A stretch of DNA of 64,000 nt from a virus. The position numbers and the translations under genes were made by a program. The stretch lies in IMG/VR virus record IMGVR_UViG_3300031368_000001, positions 44,286-108,285 of that record; one strand, 5' to 3'. This document shows positions 27,353 to 37,484 of the stretch, in pieces. Within the stretch, counting starts at the first letter, position 1; every line of letters begins with the position of its first letter. The notes beneath the pieces are model-generated. The model was not told where the DNA came from, did not search any database, and saw only the letters and a list, made by a program, of their open reading frames with translations.

Positions 27353-30300
27353 CTATTTAAAAATCACATTTTTTGGTAGGATCCACGCTTGAATCCCCTG
27401 TGGAACTTCTACTTCTCTCACTGGATCAAATTTCTCTATTACTTCAACTTCATACAAATATAAAGGATGCTGTTCATCCCACCACTCAATTCTTTCATAG
27501 TTCTCCACAAGATGCTCCTCATATCTTTCCTCAAATTCTTTCTGATTAATTTCTTTTGGTTCGGAAAGTTTAATAATTCCCCAGCAGTCTTTATCAGAAA
27601 TTAAGTAGAGAGGTTCATTGATGTGTTCAGTAAATTTTTTGGATTTTATTATGGCTGTTTTACTGCCATCCCAGATGTATTCAGAGTGTGGAGAAACTAG
27701 ATATAGCCCGGCTATCTCCTGATCTTTCTTAGCTTCGCCAATTTTTTGCAGAGTTTCGGGAAGTTTTTCTCTCACCAGACCATATAATTCTTTTGAAGTT
27801 TCCTTCATTTTTTCTGGTGAGAATGTGTAGTTCATCTTATCACTTTTAACTCGTTCTTTAATTTCTTTTATGATTTTTGTTGCATTCTCAAGTATTTGTT
27901 CTTTGGTAAATTTAATGCCTTTACCCTCAGTCTTCTTCCATGTAGAAAAATGCGCGCACACTATTCTAAAATCATCCCCAAGAACTTTATTGTCTACTCT
28001 AGATGGATCATAAGGAGTTTCATAAAAATTATCGTTTCTATAAAAATCATCGGGAAAGTTTTCTGCACTTTCTTCCTTTATTGTCTCGTTATAGGCAGTG
28101 AGAATTTTTTCTGCGAGTGAGTTCCACCATGTACTCCATTTTTCACCCTGATCGTTTCTTATTTTCCCAGCCACGCAGATTCTTGGTCTATTTCCCTGAC
28201 CAATATCGAATCCAACAAATAGATCAGATTGTTTTTTTAAGTTCGATACCATCTGTTCGTGAAGATCGTCATATTTTTCTGGCATTCTGAGCACGACAAA
28301 CGCAGGTCTGGATTCGCTTTTGCCTTCATCTGTTGATCTTATCTCAACTGGTAAATTATTGAGTTCCTCTAACCATTTTTCTTTGAGGCCTTCATCGACA
28401 GCTCTCCCTCTCCACATTTTTTTCGGAGCATCCGTTCTGCCAGACAAAAATTCTGCTGGTTTCTTATTATAGACTGTCTGATAAGCAAATGTTGGTGCAT
28501 TTATTTTTTCGCTGAATTCTTCTTCATTCTCAAATTTTTCCTCAAACTCTTCCTCCAGATCTATCTCTCCCCATTCTTCTCCTTCACTCGCTTCTTTTTT
28601 TTGTTGCAGCCATTCCCAGATTTTTTTCTGTTGTTCATTAGCAGTTCCGGCCTCGATATCTTTTTCAAGATTATCCATGTCTTTCCAGAGTAATCCTAGA
28701 TCAATTGCTTCAAAAATTGGTAATATTCCAGGCACAACTTTTAGAGTTCCTTTTAAAAACTTTGTGAGATTACCCAGGTGTTTTATTTTTAGCTTATTCA
28801 TTATTTGTTTAAGCAATCTTGCATTTAATTTTTCATCAATTTGTTTAACTGGAATTTCTTTTTTAAGTGCAGCATTAATGGAATGTTGTGTTCCTTTTGA
28901 GCCACCCTTTTGAATTGCTGTCATAGCATCTGCCTTACCAACTATATCCTTATTTCTGGTAAAAGCAGCCTGGCCATAAGAAATTTCTGAGACAGCTTTA
29001 CCTGTTTCTTTCGCAGCTCGTTTTACACCTGAATTTTCCACCACATTTGCTCCAAGATCTCTTACTTTTTTAAGAAGGGGCCTAACAGCAGCTGGCTGAC
29101 TTTCGATAGTTTTTGGTAAATAAACAGTTAATTTTTTACAGGCATTCTGTCGTAAGACTTCTCTGATTGATTCTTCATCTACTCCTTTCGCTCCGCCAGT
29201 TACAATCCCCCAGCCAGCATCAAGAGCTTTTTTGGTTTGGTAGCGTGTAGCTTGTAACATATTTGAAGTAGTTTCACGGGAACCGACTATAGCCATAGTT
29301 TTTATGGATGATATTTTTTTAAGTCCTGCCTCTCGAACTTCTGCCAGAATTTTACCCAGTTGATTTTGTCCTTTCCCTCCGCTCTTTCCCCAAAAAGTAT
29401 CTCCCCATGTATTATTTTCAACAATATCAATTCCTTTAGTGGCAATTAATTTTTCCATTAATTTTGGATTACTTTCAAATTTAGTCCTGACAATTCTTTT
29501 CATTACATCAGTCTTAATTTTTTCCCAGTCAGATCGAAGCGGAATTTTCCTTGCATATCTTTTAGCATCTCCTGGAGTCCTTAACTTTCTAATGGTTTCT
29601 CTGATTTCTGAATCCAATGTTTTTGCAGCTTGATAAGCATGTTCAGAAGTTGGATACACTTTTCCCTCGAATGAAGTTGGTGCTGGATGGAAATTTGATA
29701 AAAAATCATACTGACCACGGAAGGCTGAAGTCTCGGCAAAATCGTTGGTGAATTTTAATAGATCTTCAAACTCTTCACTACTCGATTCTGAGCTACTTGA
29801 TTCTTCATCTTCTTCAATAGTACCACTACTACTACTCATTTCTTCTTCAATATTCTCATAATCCTCTTCAAACCCTTCCGGTCCCACTACATGTATTAAT
29901 TCAACTTCTCCCTCTTCATGTTTCTCATAAATATAAATCGAGACATCGGCTGTCATTTTCTTGAGCCCCGGAATTGTCAGACCTCGACTCTTAAGAAAAT
30001 TTTTCAGCTTAGCCATATCCAAGGTTTCTTCAACCTTGATAAATCTTCCAAGTTTTTTCTTTTTGAGAGAATTAACCGCTGTTTTCTCGGAAACCACTTT
30101 GTAGTAAGCAGGAGTTCGCCTGAGAGAAAAGATATAACGAGTGGTTTCAACTTTCTTCATCCCAGTATCTTTAAGAACATCAGCCATAGCGCCCTGGATG
30201 GCTGAAATTTCTGAGTCCAGATCTTTGCGCGCCACTGGCGGGGTCTTGAAATAGTCCTCAAGTTTCTTCTTGGCTTTTCTCAGAGAGTCATGCAATGACT

Positions 30301-30544
30301 CGAGTTCTCTGAGTTTGGCTTTCGGAAGAATTTTCTTTTTTTCTTTTTTGACGAACTCGTCTATGTTGCCTTCAATAACATCATCAAACTTAGAAATATA
30401 TTCTTCCCAGGGGAAGTCTGAGCTGATGGTTTCTGTTGGCTCTTGACCTATTGGCTCTTGATCTGTTGGCTCTTCGCTGAGAACTTCAAGGTCTTGTTTA
30501 AGTGAGGTTATAAGATCTAACAAACGTTTTGCGAGATTTTTCAT
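27353..30544 (-). CDS. polyvalent protein: Gp157/Gam-like + NADAR + SLOG (DprA-like) + unknown + ASCH-like domains
   Basis: FRGQYDFLSNFH...SEHAYQAAK...WGDTFWG...NQLGKIL (NADAR); AIVGSR...IVTGGAKGVD...RNKDIV...SKGT (SLOG); GLYLVSPH...IWDGSKTAIIKS (ASCH-like); acidic Ser-rich linkers. Confidence 0.8.
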   Translation of the reverse strand: MKNLAKRLLDLITSLKQDLEVLSEEPTDQEPIGQEPTETISSDFPWEEYISKFDDVIEGNIDEFVKKEKKKILPKAKLRELESLHDSLRKAKKKLEDYFKTPPVARKDLDSEISAIQGAMADVLKDTGMKKVETTRYIFSLRRTPAYYKVVSEKTAVNSLKKKKLGRFIKVEETLDMAKLKNFLKSRGLTIPGLKKMTADVSIYIYEKHEEGEVELIHVVGPEGFEEDYENIEEEMSSSSGTIEEDEESSSSESSSEEFEDLLKFTNDFAETSAFRGQYDFLSNFHPAPTSFEGKVYPTSEHAYQAAKTLDSEIRETIRKLRTPGDAKRYARKIPLRSDWEKIKTDVMKRIVRTKFESNPKLMEKLIATKGIDIVENNTWGDTFWGKSGGKGQNQLGKILAEVREAGLKKISSIKTMAIVGSRETTSNMLQATRYQTKKALDAGWGIVTGGAKGVDEESIREVLRQNACKKLTVYLPKTIESQPAAVRPLLKKVRDLGANVVENSGVKRAAKETGKAVSEISYGQAAFTRNKDIVGKADAMTAIQKGGSKGTQHSINAALKKEIPVKQIDEKLNARLLKQIMNKLKIKHLGNLTKFLKGTLKVVPGILPIFEAIDLGLLWKDMDNLEKDIEAGTANEQQKKIWEWLQQKKEASEGEEWGEIDLEEEFEEKFENEEEFSEKINAPTFAYQTVYNKKPAEFLSGRTDAPKKMWRGRAVDEGLKEKWLEELNNLPVEIRSTDEGKSESRPAFVVLRMPEKYDDLHEQMVSNLKKQSDLFVGFDIGQGNRPRICVAGKIRNDQGEKWSTWWNSLAEKILTAYNETIKEESAENFPDDFYRNDNFYETPYDPSRVDNKVLGDDFRIVCAHFSTWKKTEGKGIKFTKEQILENATKIIKEIKERVKSDKMNYTFSPEKMKETSKELYGLVREKLPETLQKIGEAKKDQEIAGLYLVSPHSEYIWDGSKTAIIKSKKFTEHINEPLYLISDKDCWGIIKLSEPKEINQKEFEERYEEHLVENYERIEWWDEQHPLYLYEVEVIEKFDPVREVEVPQGIQAWILPKNVIFK

Positions 30545-30664
30545 GATAATGCCCTAGATTTTTTTTAGGTTGGAATCTAATTGAGGTAGATTATTCAGAA
30601 TTTTTCAGAAAAGATCAATCTTTTTTTTAGAACAAGTATAATAAAGACTGAGTTTATAGCTTAT

Positions 30665-31501
30665 TTACTGCTTTTTTTGTCTTCTCTGCTCTTTTTCAGC
30701 TCTTCGTTTTGCCTTCTCTTTTTCCTCAGCCTGCTTTTTTGCGGGAATAGTCTTATCCTTCAATTCCGTTGCCATTTGCGGATAGTATTTTCTGAGTAAC
30801 CTTTCTAGTCTGATAGTTACAGCTATTTCTCCAATACCTTCTCTGTCGAGGCCGTGAATTTCCCAGGCAATTGAATTTTGAGGGTGGAAGTGTACAACTC
30901 GGATTGGTTTTAGGCTTCTTGTAAATCTAGGTATAAATCCCGAACATCCTGTATTGTAGGTAGAATTAAGTAGCGAGATTCTCTTAGCATATTTTTCTGA
31001 GTTAAAAACTTTATTAAGAAGGGGTTCTTCTTTAGCTGCCTTGTCTTTTTCTAGTTGCCTTACGATCTCATCAACAATGTCTTTCGAGGATGGCTTCCAG
31101 AAAATACTGCCTCCATTCCATTTCGGATTGGAGTAGGAACAAGCCCCAACATCACCATCAAAAACTGGGCAATTAAACCATAAATTTTGCCACGTATCAA
31201 TGTCAGCTGAATAGATAACCTCATCAACTCTGTTGTTATCAAAAAGAAATTTTACCGCCCACATTTTCGAGCCAGAAAGACAAAAATCATTAAACTTTAT
31301 CTTTTCAGCTTTTATACCCATAAACTCAAAATCAAAATTGGCTAAAAGAATAATATCTTGTTTTTTCCAGCCAACTTCTAATAGATTATGAATTTGAGCC
31401 CTAAGCATAAGCTTAAGTCTTTCTGGATTATATCTCGATTTGCTATTTGGCTGTAAATTAGCGGCTATTAGACGTTTCATGAATTCTTTCTTCCCATCCA
31501 T
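30665..31501 (-). CDS. putative glycosyltransferase (nucleotide-diphospho-sugar transferase fold)
   Basis: YSADIDTWQ (DxD), WNGGSIF, EEP.LN, LNSTYN, VVHFHP. Confidence 0.6.
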   Translation of the reverse strand: MDGKKEFMKRLIAANLQPNSKSRYNPERLKLMLRAQIHNLLEVGWKKQDIILLANFDFEFMGIKAEKIKFNDFCLSGSKMWAVKFLFDNNRVDEVIYSADIDTWQNLWFNCPVFDGDVGACSYSNPKWNGGSIFWKPSSKDIVDEIVRQLEKDKAAKEEPLLNKVFNSEKYAKRISLLNSTYNTGCSGFIPRFTRSLKPIRVVHFHPQNSIAWEIHGLDREGIGEIAVTIRLERLLRKYYPQMATELKDKTIPAKKQAEEKEKAKRRAEKEQRRQKKQ

Positions 31502-31884
31502 ATTGCTGCTAATTTTAGATCAACAAAGACCTGTCCGCCATTATTTCTAACCATCCTTGCTACAGCGCCAAAGGATTTCCACTGACCGTCATTAAATTTT
31601 TCTTTACCATCATAACGAAGCATAACAAAGACAGTTTTTTCAGGTCGTTTATTGCTATCGTCTACAGTTTCAGCTAAGCTATAGACACCAGTCATTTTTG
31701 GTGTAATAGTATAAAGAACAAAATCACAAGTTTCACGTTCTCTTAGTTCATTTTTTTGAGCTTCTTCATTCCAATCATCAACGACTGGATCGAACCATTC
31801 TAGTCCTTCATCATGCAGAAATATTATCATATGTTTGCGCCATATTGATTCATTGCATGTTCCTCCGAGGTAGACCTTTTTCAT
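31477..31884 (-). CDS. nucleoside 2-deoxyribosyltransferase-like protein
   Basis: KVYLGGTCNES.WR...FDPVVDDW...CD..LYTITPKMTGVYS.AE. Confidence 0.8.
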   Translation of the reverse strand: MKKVYLGGTCNESIWRKHMIIFLHDEGLEWFDPVVDDWNEEAQKNELRERETCDFVLYTITPKMTGVYSLAETVDDSNKRPEKTVFVMLRYDGKEKFNDGQWKSFGAVARMVRNNGGQVFVDLKLAAIWMGRKNS

Positions 31885-32058
31885 AATTTTACCTCTTCAC
31901 TAGTTTAAAGCGTATAACTTTTTCACCTTCAAAATCTGCACCAATTACTCCAAGACCATTTTCATCAACACCGAAAAGCTCATTTAAAATTCCAACAAAA
32001 CCTACTACTGGAAAGTTTTAGCTAACAAACCAACTTGTACAGTAGAATGGTATTATCT

Positions 32059-32940
32059 CTATCCCTGAATTCCCGTTTCTATCTCCTCTGTAAAGTTCTT
32101 AACTAATTTAGCCTTCCCCCAGACTTTCTCTTCATTTGCTTTAAACCTTCCCAAAAGTAAATTTGAATAAGAAATAAATCTGTTTCTTCCTTCTGACTGC
32201 CACCAGGCTTCTGGATAATTTCCTTCTTGATGTTTTTTATGATCTGAAGTTCCTCTACTGAAATTTCCACCTTTTTGAAATGACATCATAGTAAAGCCTA
32301 ACTCCCAAGCTCGGTTCATCAAATCCACGTCATCTGAGCCATAGTGACGTAAATCTTCGTTGTATCCACCAAGCAGATCAATAAACTCTTTTTTGTAATA
32401 CCCCTGTCTTCCTCGTAATAACTGTCTACTCTTTGCAAATATAACTTTCTCAGATAATTGATTAGCAAGCTTATTGATATAAATAACGAAACCTCTATTG
32501 GTAAATCCATCGGCATCTACATTATTCACAATATCTCCAGAGGCAGCCTGAAAAGCAATATTCCGTGAGTGACCCATTTCAAAGTATTTGGGTTCGTCTG
32601 TCCTGATAAAAACAAGAATGCCTTTCTCAATGTATTCCATCATCTCTGATTTAATCCAGCCACCAATATCATCTATTTTACTTCCGTAGTCTATTACCAC
32701 AAACTCCACATTGGGATACTCGAGATTATCTTTGATATTCTGAGGAAGAGTCACTTTAAGATCTTTAAGTCTATCCATACAAGTTGTACAGATAGAAATT
32801 TTATAGTTCTTTGTAACCGGATTAGAATACTTCCCATCCCAAAATTTCATCTTTGGTAATCTGGCGCCACCCCAGGCAAATTCAAGTGGTCTGGCTAAAA
32901 CCTTAAAATCGATTTCGCATTCAGGATATTTTCTCGACAT
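32059..32940 (-). CDS. glycosyltransferase family 2 (GT-A)
   Basis: ISICTTCM, EFVVIDYGS, SRNIA, NVDAD, LGGYNE...YGSDDVDL. Confidence 0.88.
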   Translation of the reverse strand: MSRKYPECEIDFKVLARPLEFAWGGARLPKMKFWDGKYSNPVTKNYKISICTTCMDRLKDLKVTLPQNIKDNLEYPNVEFVVIDYGSKIDDIGGWIKSEMMEYIEKGILVFIRTDEPKYFEMGHSRNIAFQAASGDIVNNVDADGFTNRGFVIYINKLANQLSEKVIFAKSRQLLRGRQGYYKKEFIDLLGGYNEDLRHYGSDDVDLMNRAWELGFTMMSFQKGGNFSRGTSDHKKHQEGNYPEAWWQSEGRNRFISYSNLLLGRFKANEEKVWGKAKLVKNFTEEIETGIQG

Positions 32941-32959
32941 GGTTCCTCCTTACTTTTAG

Positions 32960-33532
32960 TTAATTCTTTCTCATCACTAACAGTGAGCCTTTAAACCACT
33001 TTCTCTCAGCAGCCTTCCTTAAAAACTTTGTCTTTTTTCTCTCAAGCCTGAATCCTCTTTTAATAAATTCAGCTATTACATACTCATTTGGCTGTTCGTT
33101 AAAATGTCCTGTTCCTCCCTGTCCTGGGATTCCCCAGCTCAATATCAAATTACTTTTAGCAAATTCAGAGACATTGTTAATAAAGACTTGTTCGTATTTT
33201 TTTGGGATGTGTTCACCGACTTCGAGGGAGATTACGAGATCGTAATAAATTTCTACCCATCTCCTTTTGGTAAGATCAAGAGTCATAATATCATTATAGA
33301 CAGCAATTTCTTGAATATTTGGTGTGCCTTCATAGCCATGGACTATTGGAATACCTTTTTCCTTCAGATATTTGCAGTAGTCTCCTTTGCCGCACCCAAG
33401 ATCTGCAACTGATTTAACAGATTTGTACATTGTAGCTATGTATTTTGCTAATTCTGGATCATATCTATGTCGTTTTTTTGCGGTCTCTAAATTCCAAATT
33501 CCGGTTTCAGCACAAATTGAGTTCTTTTTCAT
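32960..33532 (-). CDS. class I SAM-dependent methyltransferase
   Basis: VADLGCGKG, YDLVISLEVGEHIP, PGQGGTGHFN. Confidence 0.88.
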   Translation of the reverse strand: MKKNSICAETGIWNLETAKKRHRYDPELAKYIATMYKSVKSVADLGCGKGDYCKYLKEKGIPIVHGYEGTPNIQEIAVYNDIMTLDLTKRRWVEIYYDLVISLEVGEHIPKKYEQVFINNVSEFAKSNLILSWGIPGQGGTGHFNEQPNEYVIAEFIKRGFRLERKKTKFLRKAAERKWFKGSLLVMRKN

Positions 33533-33620
33533 ATTGCTTTTTACCCATTATAAATATCCTATTCCAACCGCTAATTTTTTTCACCGCCCAACAAAAACTT
33601 ATACCTCTTTTCATATCTCA

Positions 33621-34280
33621 TCATTTCTTTCTTATACAATAATGTCCATATCCCCCATCCATATTATAAGTATGGAAAGATATAATATGATTATTAAAAA
33701 TTTTTTTTATCCAATTATCATAATCGCTAAAACTTAACCAATCATCAAATGGGGTTTTTTGGGACTTGAAATGAATTTCCATACCAATATGCTGGGCATT
33801 TATCACTATTTCCTCTGACTTTTTATCCCCGATAATATACTTTTCTCCGCCCTCACAATCAAGTTTAATAAGATACCTATCACTTAATTTACAATTATAT
33901 TTTTCAAATAAAGATATTAAAGAAATAGATTCAACACTATAAGAATCTCCTTCACGCTTTGGCACGAACATGGAATCAAGAATATGCCCTCTGCTTAAAA
34001 GAAAAAATCTTTCGCCATTTCCTAAAGCCTTTTCTTCAAGTTCAATATTTAACATATTAATATTTTGTCTAAGATAATTACACACTTCTATACTAGGTTC
34101 AACAGCTACAATTCTAGTATATGGATGCTTCATTCTCATATAGACAGAAAAAAATCCTATATTTGCTCCTATATCAAATATAATATCAAAATAATTACTT
34201 TGATATTCTTTGACCCCATACAGATCCTTTGCAACTATATGTTTAAATTCATTTCCTTGGTTTTTATAATTACTTATCAT
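33621..34280 (-). CDS. FkbM-family methyltransferase
   Basis: IFDIGANIGFFS, VAVEP, IKLDCEGGE. Confidence 0.9.
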   Translation of the reverse strand: MISNYKNQGNEFKHIVAKDLYGVKEYQSNYFDIIFDIGANIGFFSVYMRMKHPYTRIVAVEPSIEVCNYLRQNINMLNIELEEKALGNGERFFLLSRGHILDSMFVPKREGDSYSVESISLISLFEKYNCKLSDRYLIKLDCEGGEKYIIGDKKSEEIVINAQHIGMEIHFKSQKTPFDDWLSFSDYDNWIKKIFNNHIISFHTYNMDGGYGHYCIRKK

Positions 34281-35008
34281 TTTAGATGCTCCTCTATAAG
34301 GATTTTATTCAAATAAGTATACCCATTCGAACTCTGTGGTTGGCAATTATTTCTCTTATAACAAACTTCTAAAACCCTTGGATGTTTCATCGCCTCAGCG
34401 AGAGCAAAACAAAGCGATTGATTTCCAATAAAAAGTTTTGATCCCTTTATAGCTTGTGCGATCTCAAAAGCATCACGGCATTGATACCATTGTACAGAAA
34501 GCATCTTAGAAAATTCTTTATACTCCCATTTATTACCAATAAAAGCTACAACTTCCTGATAAGGTTCTAACAATTTCCAATCTATCTCTTCTTTATCATG
34601 ATGTCGTAAAGTCCTATTAACAATTATAGATGTTATTGAATTAGATACTACTTCCGAAATCCATGATTGAGATAAGTCAAACTCAAGACCAAAAATATCC
34701 AAATGGTACTGTGCTAGATGTCTAACTCTTCCTGCTAAATGTCCCATCTTTTCCAGATGACGATATCTATCTAAATTACTTACTTTTTTGCCATCAGGAA
34801 GAACGACATTTTCAGCTCTACCATATTGCCACCTAGTACGAATAGAAGGAAATACATCAGAAATATACGGTTGTCGAGTTAAAAGATCTCTTAATATCTC
34901 AGAATGATCGGATTTCAAATACAATCCTCCGCCTCCTAGAGTTATAATAGCAGGAAGTGAATAAATAATGTCTCCTAATGAACCACTGTGCCAAAACTCT
35001 AATTCCAT
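34277..35008 (-). CDS. glycosyltransferase family 9-like protein
   Basis: HSGSLGDIIYSLP, AQAIKGSKLFIGNQS...ALAEA. Confidence 0.75.
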   Translation of the reverse strand: MELEFWHSGSLGDIIYSLPAIITLGGGGLYLKSDHSEILRDLLTRQPYISDVFPSIRTRWQYGRAENVVLPDGKKVSNLDRYRHLEKMGHLAGRVRHLAQYHLDIFGLEFDLSQSWISEVVSNSITSIIVNRTLRHHDKEEIDWKLLEPYQEVVAFIGNKWEYKEFSKMLSVQWYQCRDAFEIAQAIKGSKLFIGNQSLCFALAEAMKHPRVLEVCYKRNNCQPQSSNGYTYLNKILIEEHLK

Positions 35009-35015
35009 AAAATAT

Positions 35016-35147
35016 TTATACCCTTTTCATCCAGACCGTTTCTTCTAATAACTCTATGTTAGTCTGTCCAAAAACATCATTTACAGCTCTTTCGATATCT
35101 GGATACTTCTTATTTCCATAATCATGACCGCAAAGTATGCATCTCAC
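35016..35147 (-). pseudogene. C-terminal fragment of a Methyltransf_24-type methyltransferase
   Basis: Translates ILCGHDYGNKKYPDIERAVNDVFGQTNIELLEETVWMKRV; the N-terminal part is missing. Confidence 0.7.
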
Positions 35148-35187
35148 TAATATATTTCATATTTCTCCTATCCAATTATAACTTAAT

Positions 35188-35751
35188 CTAAACCCCATTC
35201 AATCTTTTAACCCAAACTGATCCAGGGTGTATGACCTCAATATTATCTCTGCCATAAATTTCATCAACTGCTTTTATCACTTCTTTTTCACGAGAAGCAT
35301 AATCATGTCCACACATAATTCCACCCTTTTTCACTAAAGGTTCCCATGTTAATATATCTCGTTTAACACTTTCATAGTCATGCTCTGCGTCTATAAAAAC
35401 AAGATCAAAATATTTTTCATTAACATATTTTTTATAATGATAAAAAAGTTTCGATGCCTCAACAGAAGTCATTCTAATTATTTTAAGTTGTGGAAAAAAA
35501 CACACATATCTATAAACATTCCAAGCTTCTTTATCAAAAAAATTCTGGTCTCTGCCTCCGATCCTATTGCACTCCGAATCTCTTGCATGCTTAGTACTCC
35601 AAGGATCTACCGCCCAATATTCTTTAATTATATTAGAACAATTTGATCTTAGTATTTCCCTTGTAGTTCTTCCACGTCCTACACCAATTTCAGCTACACG
35701 TTCCGCTTGTTGTTCCTTAATAAGATCTATCAGTATATTAGCTCGCCCCAT
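35188..35751 (-). CDS. class I SAM methyltransferase (Methyltransf_24-like)
   Basis: AEIGV, FDLVFIDAEHDYESV, GGIMCGHDY. Confidence 0.88.
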   Translation of the reverse strand: MGRANILIDLIKEQQAERVAEIGVGRGRTTREILRSNCSNIIKEYWAVDPWSTKHARDSECNRIGGRDQNFFDKEAWNVYRYVCFFPQLKIIRMTSVEASKLFYHYKKYVNEKYFDLVFIDAEHDYESVKRDILTWEPLVKKGGIMCGHDYASREKEVIKAVDEIYGRDNIEVIHPGSVWVKRLNGV

Positions 35752-35763
35752 TATTCCATCTCC

Positions 35764-35985
35764 TTACATTCTTTTCATCCATACAGTACTTTTTAATAAC
35801 TCTATATTATCCGCACCAAAAATTTCATCAACAGTTTTTTTAATCCCAGGAAATCTTTTATTACCATAGTCATGTCCTGTTAACAAACCATCTTTTTTAA
35901 CCAAAGTTTTCCATGAATAAATATCTTCTTTAACAGCATCATAAAAATGATCCGAATCTATAAATACTAAATCAAAATATTCTTT
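35764..35985 (-). pseudogene. C-terminal half of a Methyltransf_24-type methyltransferase
   Basis: KEYFDLVFIDSDHFYDAVKEDI...GLLTGHDYG...VWMKRM, in a shifted frame overlapping the end of 35967-36899, with no start. Confidence 0.75.
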
Positions 35986-36899
35986 GCACTTAATTCTCCT
36001 TCCACTATTTCTGTAAATTCTTTGACTCTTTGTTCAGTGCTGTGATATTTTCTAACAAATTCCATCCCGTTTTTTGCAATTCCTTCTCTTTCATTTTCAT
36101 TTTTAAGAAAATATTTTATTTTGTCTTCCAAATCACTAAAATCATTTTTATAAAGAACTAAATGCTCCCCATCTTTGTAACCAAGTCTTTCAAGGTCATC
36201 CGGTCTAGTTGTTAATAGAAAGGTTCCACAAGCCATTACTTCAGTATACTTACCGCTTAATTCATTATCCTCAGCGTTATATGTCACAAAAATTTTCGAT
36301 TCATTAATTTTTCTAACATATTCTTCAAACCAAACTTTTTCAAAAAAACTGTTTACATCCATTTCATGAATTATTTTTTTTAACTTTTTACGATTCGCAG
36401 CCTTATAACTTATTTGAAACGACGCCATAACATCAATGTTTTTCTCAATATAAAGTTTATGATGTTTATTAATATCAACAGACCACGGCAAAATATAATA
36501 CTTACTACCTATACCACGACTTTCCAAACTTCTCATTTGTGCTTTATATCTAGGAATTATAATATCATAACCAACTTTATTTAAATGACTGTCATAAATT
36601 TCAAAAGATTTTTCATTATAATCACCGCCAAAAATATGCACCTTTAAAACATTTTCCACATCCTCAAGCCCAGGCGATAAAGACTTATCTCTAAATTCAT
36701 AATGCGTTAACACAACATCTGTGTCTGGATACATAGTTAGAACATCCGGTACTGTTAATCTAGAATTATATCCCTCGTATCCAACACCAAAAAATATAAC
36801 ATCTTGTTGTCTAGCTAATTCTCTTCGAAACAATTCATGTTGCCAATTTCCTTTTTTTTTCCGCCCCATACGATTCCATGCTACAAGCAATATTTTCAT
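35967..36899 (-). CDS. glycosyltransferase (CgeB / GT-B Glyco_trans_1_2)
   Basis: INESKI...KYTEVMACGTFLLT...DGEHLVLY...IA.NG.EFV...HST. Confidence 0.88.
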   Translation of the reverse strand: MKILLVAWNRMGRKKKGNWQHELFRRELARQQDVIFFGVGYEGYNSRLTVPDVLTMYPDTDVVLTHYEFRDKSLSPGLEDVENVLKVHIFGGDYNEKSFEIYDSHLNKVGYDIIIPRYKAQMRSLESRGIGSKYYILPWSVDINKHHKLYIEKNIDVMASFQISYKAANRKKLKKIIHEMDVNSFFEKVWFEEYVRKINESKIFVTYNAEDNELSGKYTEVMACGTFLLTTRPDDLERLGYKDGEHLVLYKNDFSDLEDKIKYFLKNENEREGIAKNGMEFVRKYHSTEQRVKEFTEIVEGELSAKNILI

Positions 36900-36914
36900 A
36901 ATTTTTCAATCTCT

Positions 36915-37484
36915 TTATAATTCTTTAATCCATACACTATCACGTGCTTTTATTATTCCATCAAAACATTCTGTTATTGCTTTTACAACACCAGGATGAT
37001 GTTTATTACGATCATGTCCCATTATTAATCCGCCTTCTTTAATCAACGGCGACCAAGTTTTAATATTAGCCATTACAGATTCGTATTTATGATCAGCGTC
37101 TATAAATACTATATCAAAATATTTTTCAGGAAATAATCTAGCTGCTTCAAGAGAAGACATTCTTACAACACAAAGCTGAGGATACCAACGCATAAATTTA
37201 CATGCGTAAGCATATAACTCATCCCATTTCTCCATTGGTACATCTACATATGATGAATGATTACTAGGTTGCCAAAAATCTATTGCCCAATATTGCGATA
37301 TAATATCACCACAATCTTCTAAAACTCGTTTCATATTCGTAGAATCCCAAATACCTATTTCAGCTATTTTTAAATCTTTTCTATTAAAACTTTTCAAGAG
37401 GGCTGGTATTATATCCCAACGCCACCTAGTATTTTCTATAATCTTTAATATTTCTTCTTTAGTTCGCATCATCTTCTTCAACAT
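36915..37484 (-). CDS. class I SAM methyltransferase (Methyltransf_24-like)
   Basis: AEIGIW, FDIVFIDADHKYESV, GGLIMGHD. Confidence 0.88.
   Translation of the reverse strand: MLKKMMRTKEEILKIIENTRWRWDIIPALLKSFNRKDLKIAEIGIWDSTNMKRVLEDCGDIISQYWAIDFWQPSNHSSYVDVPMEKWDELYAYACKFMRWYPQLCVVRMSSLEAARLFPEKYFDIVFIDADHKYESVMANIKTWSPLIKEGGLIMGHDRNKHHPGVVKAITECFDGIIKARDSVWIKEL

Noticed and set aside
35764-36000. Programmed -1 frameshift fusing the glycosyltransferase to the methyltransferase half
   Set aside because: No canonical slippery heptamer, and the fragment lacks the SAM-binding N-terminus; a deletion scar is simpler
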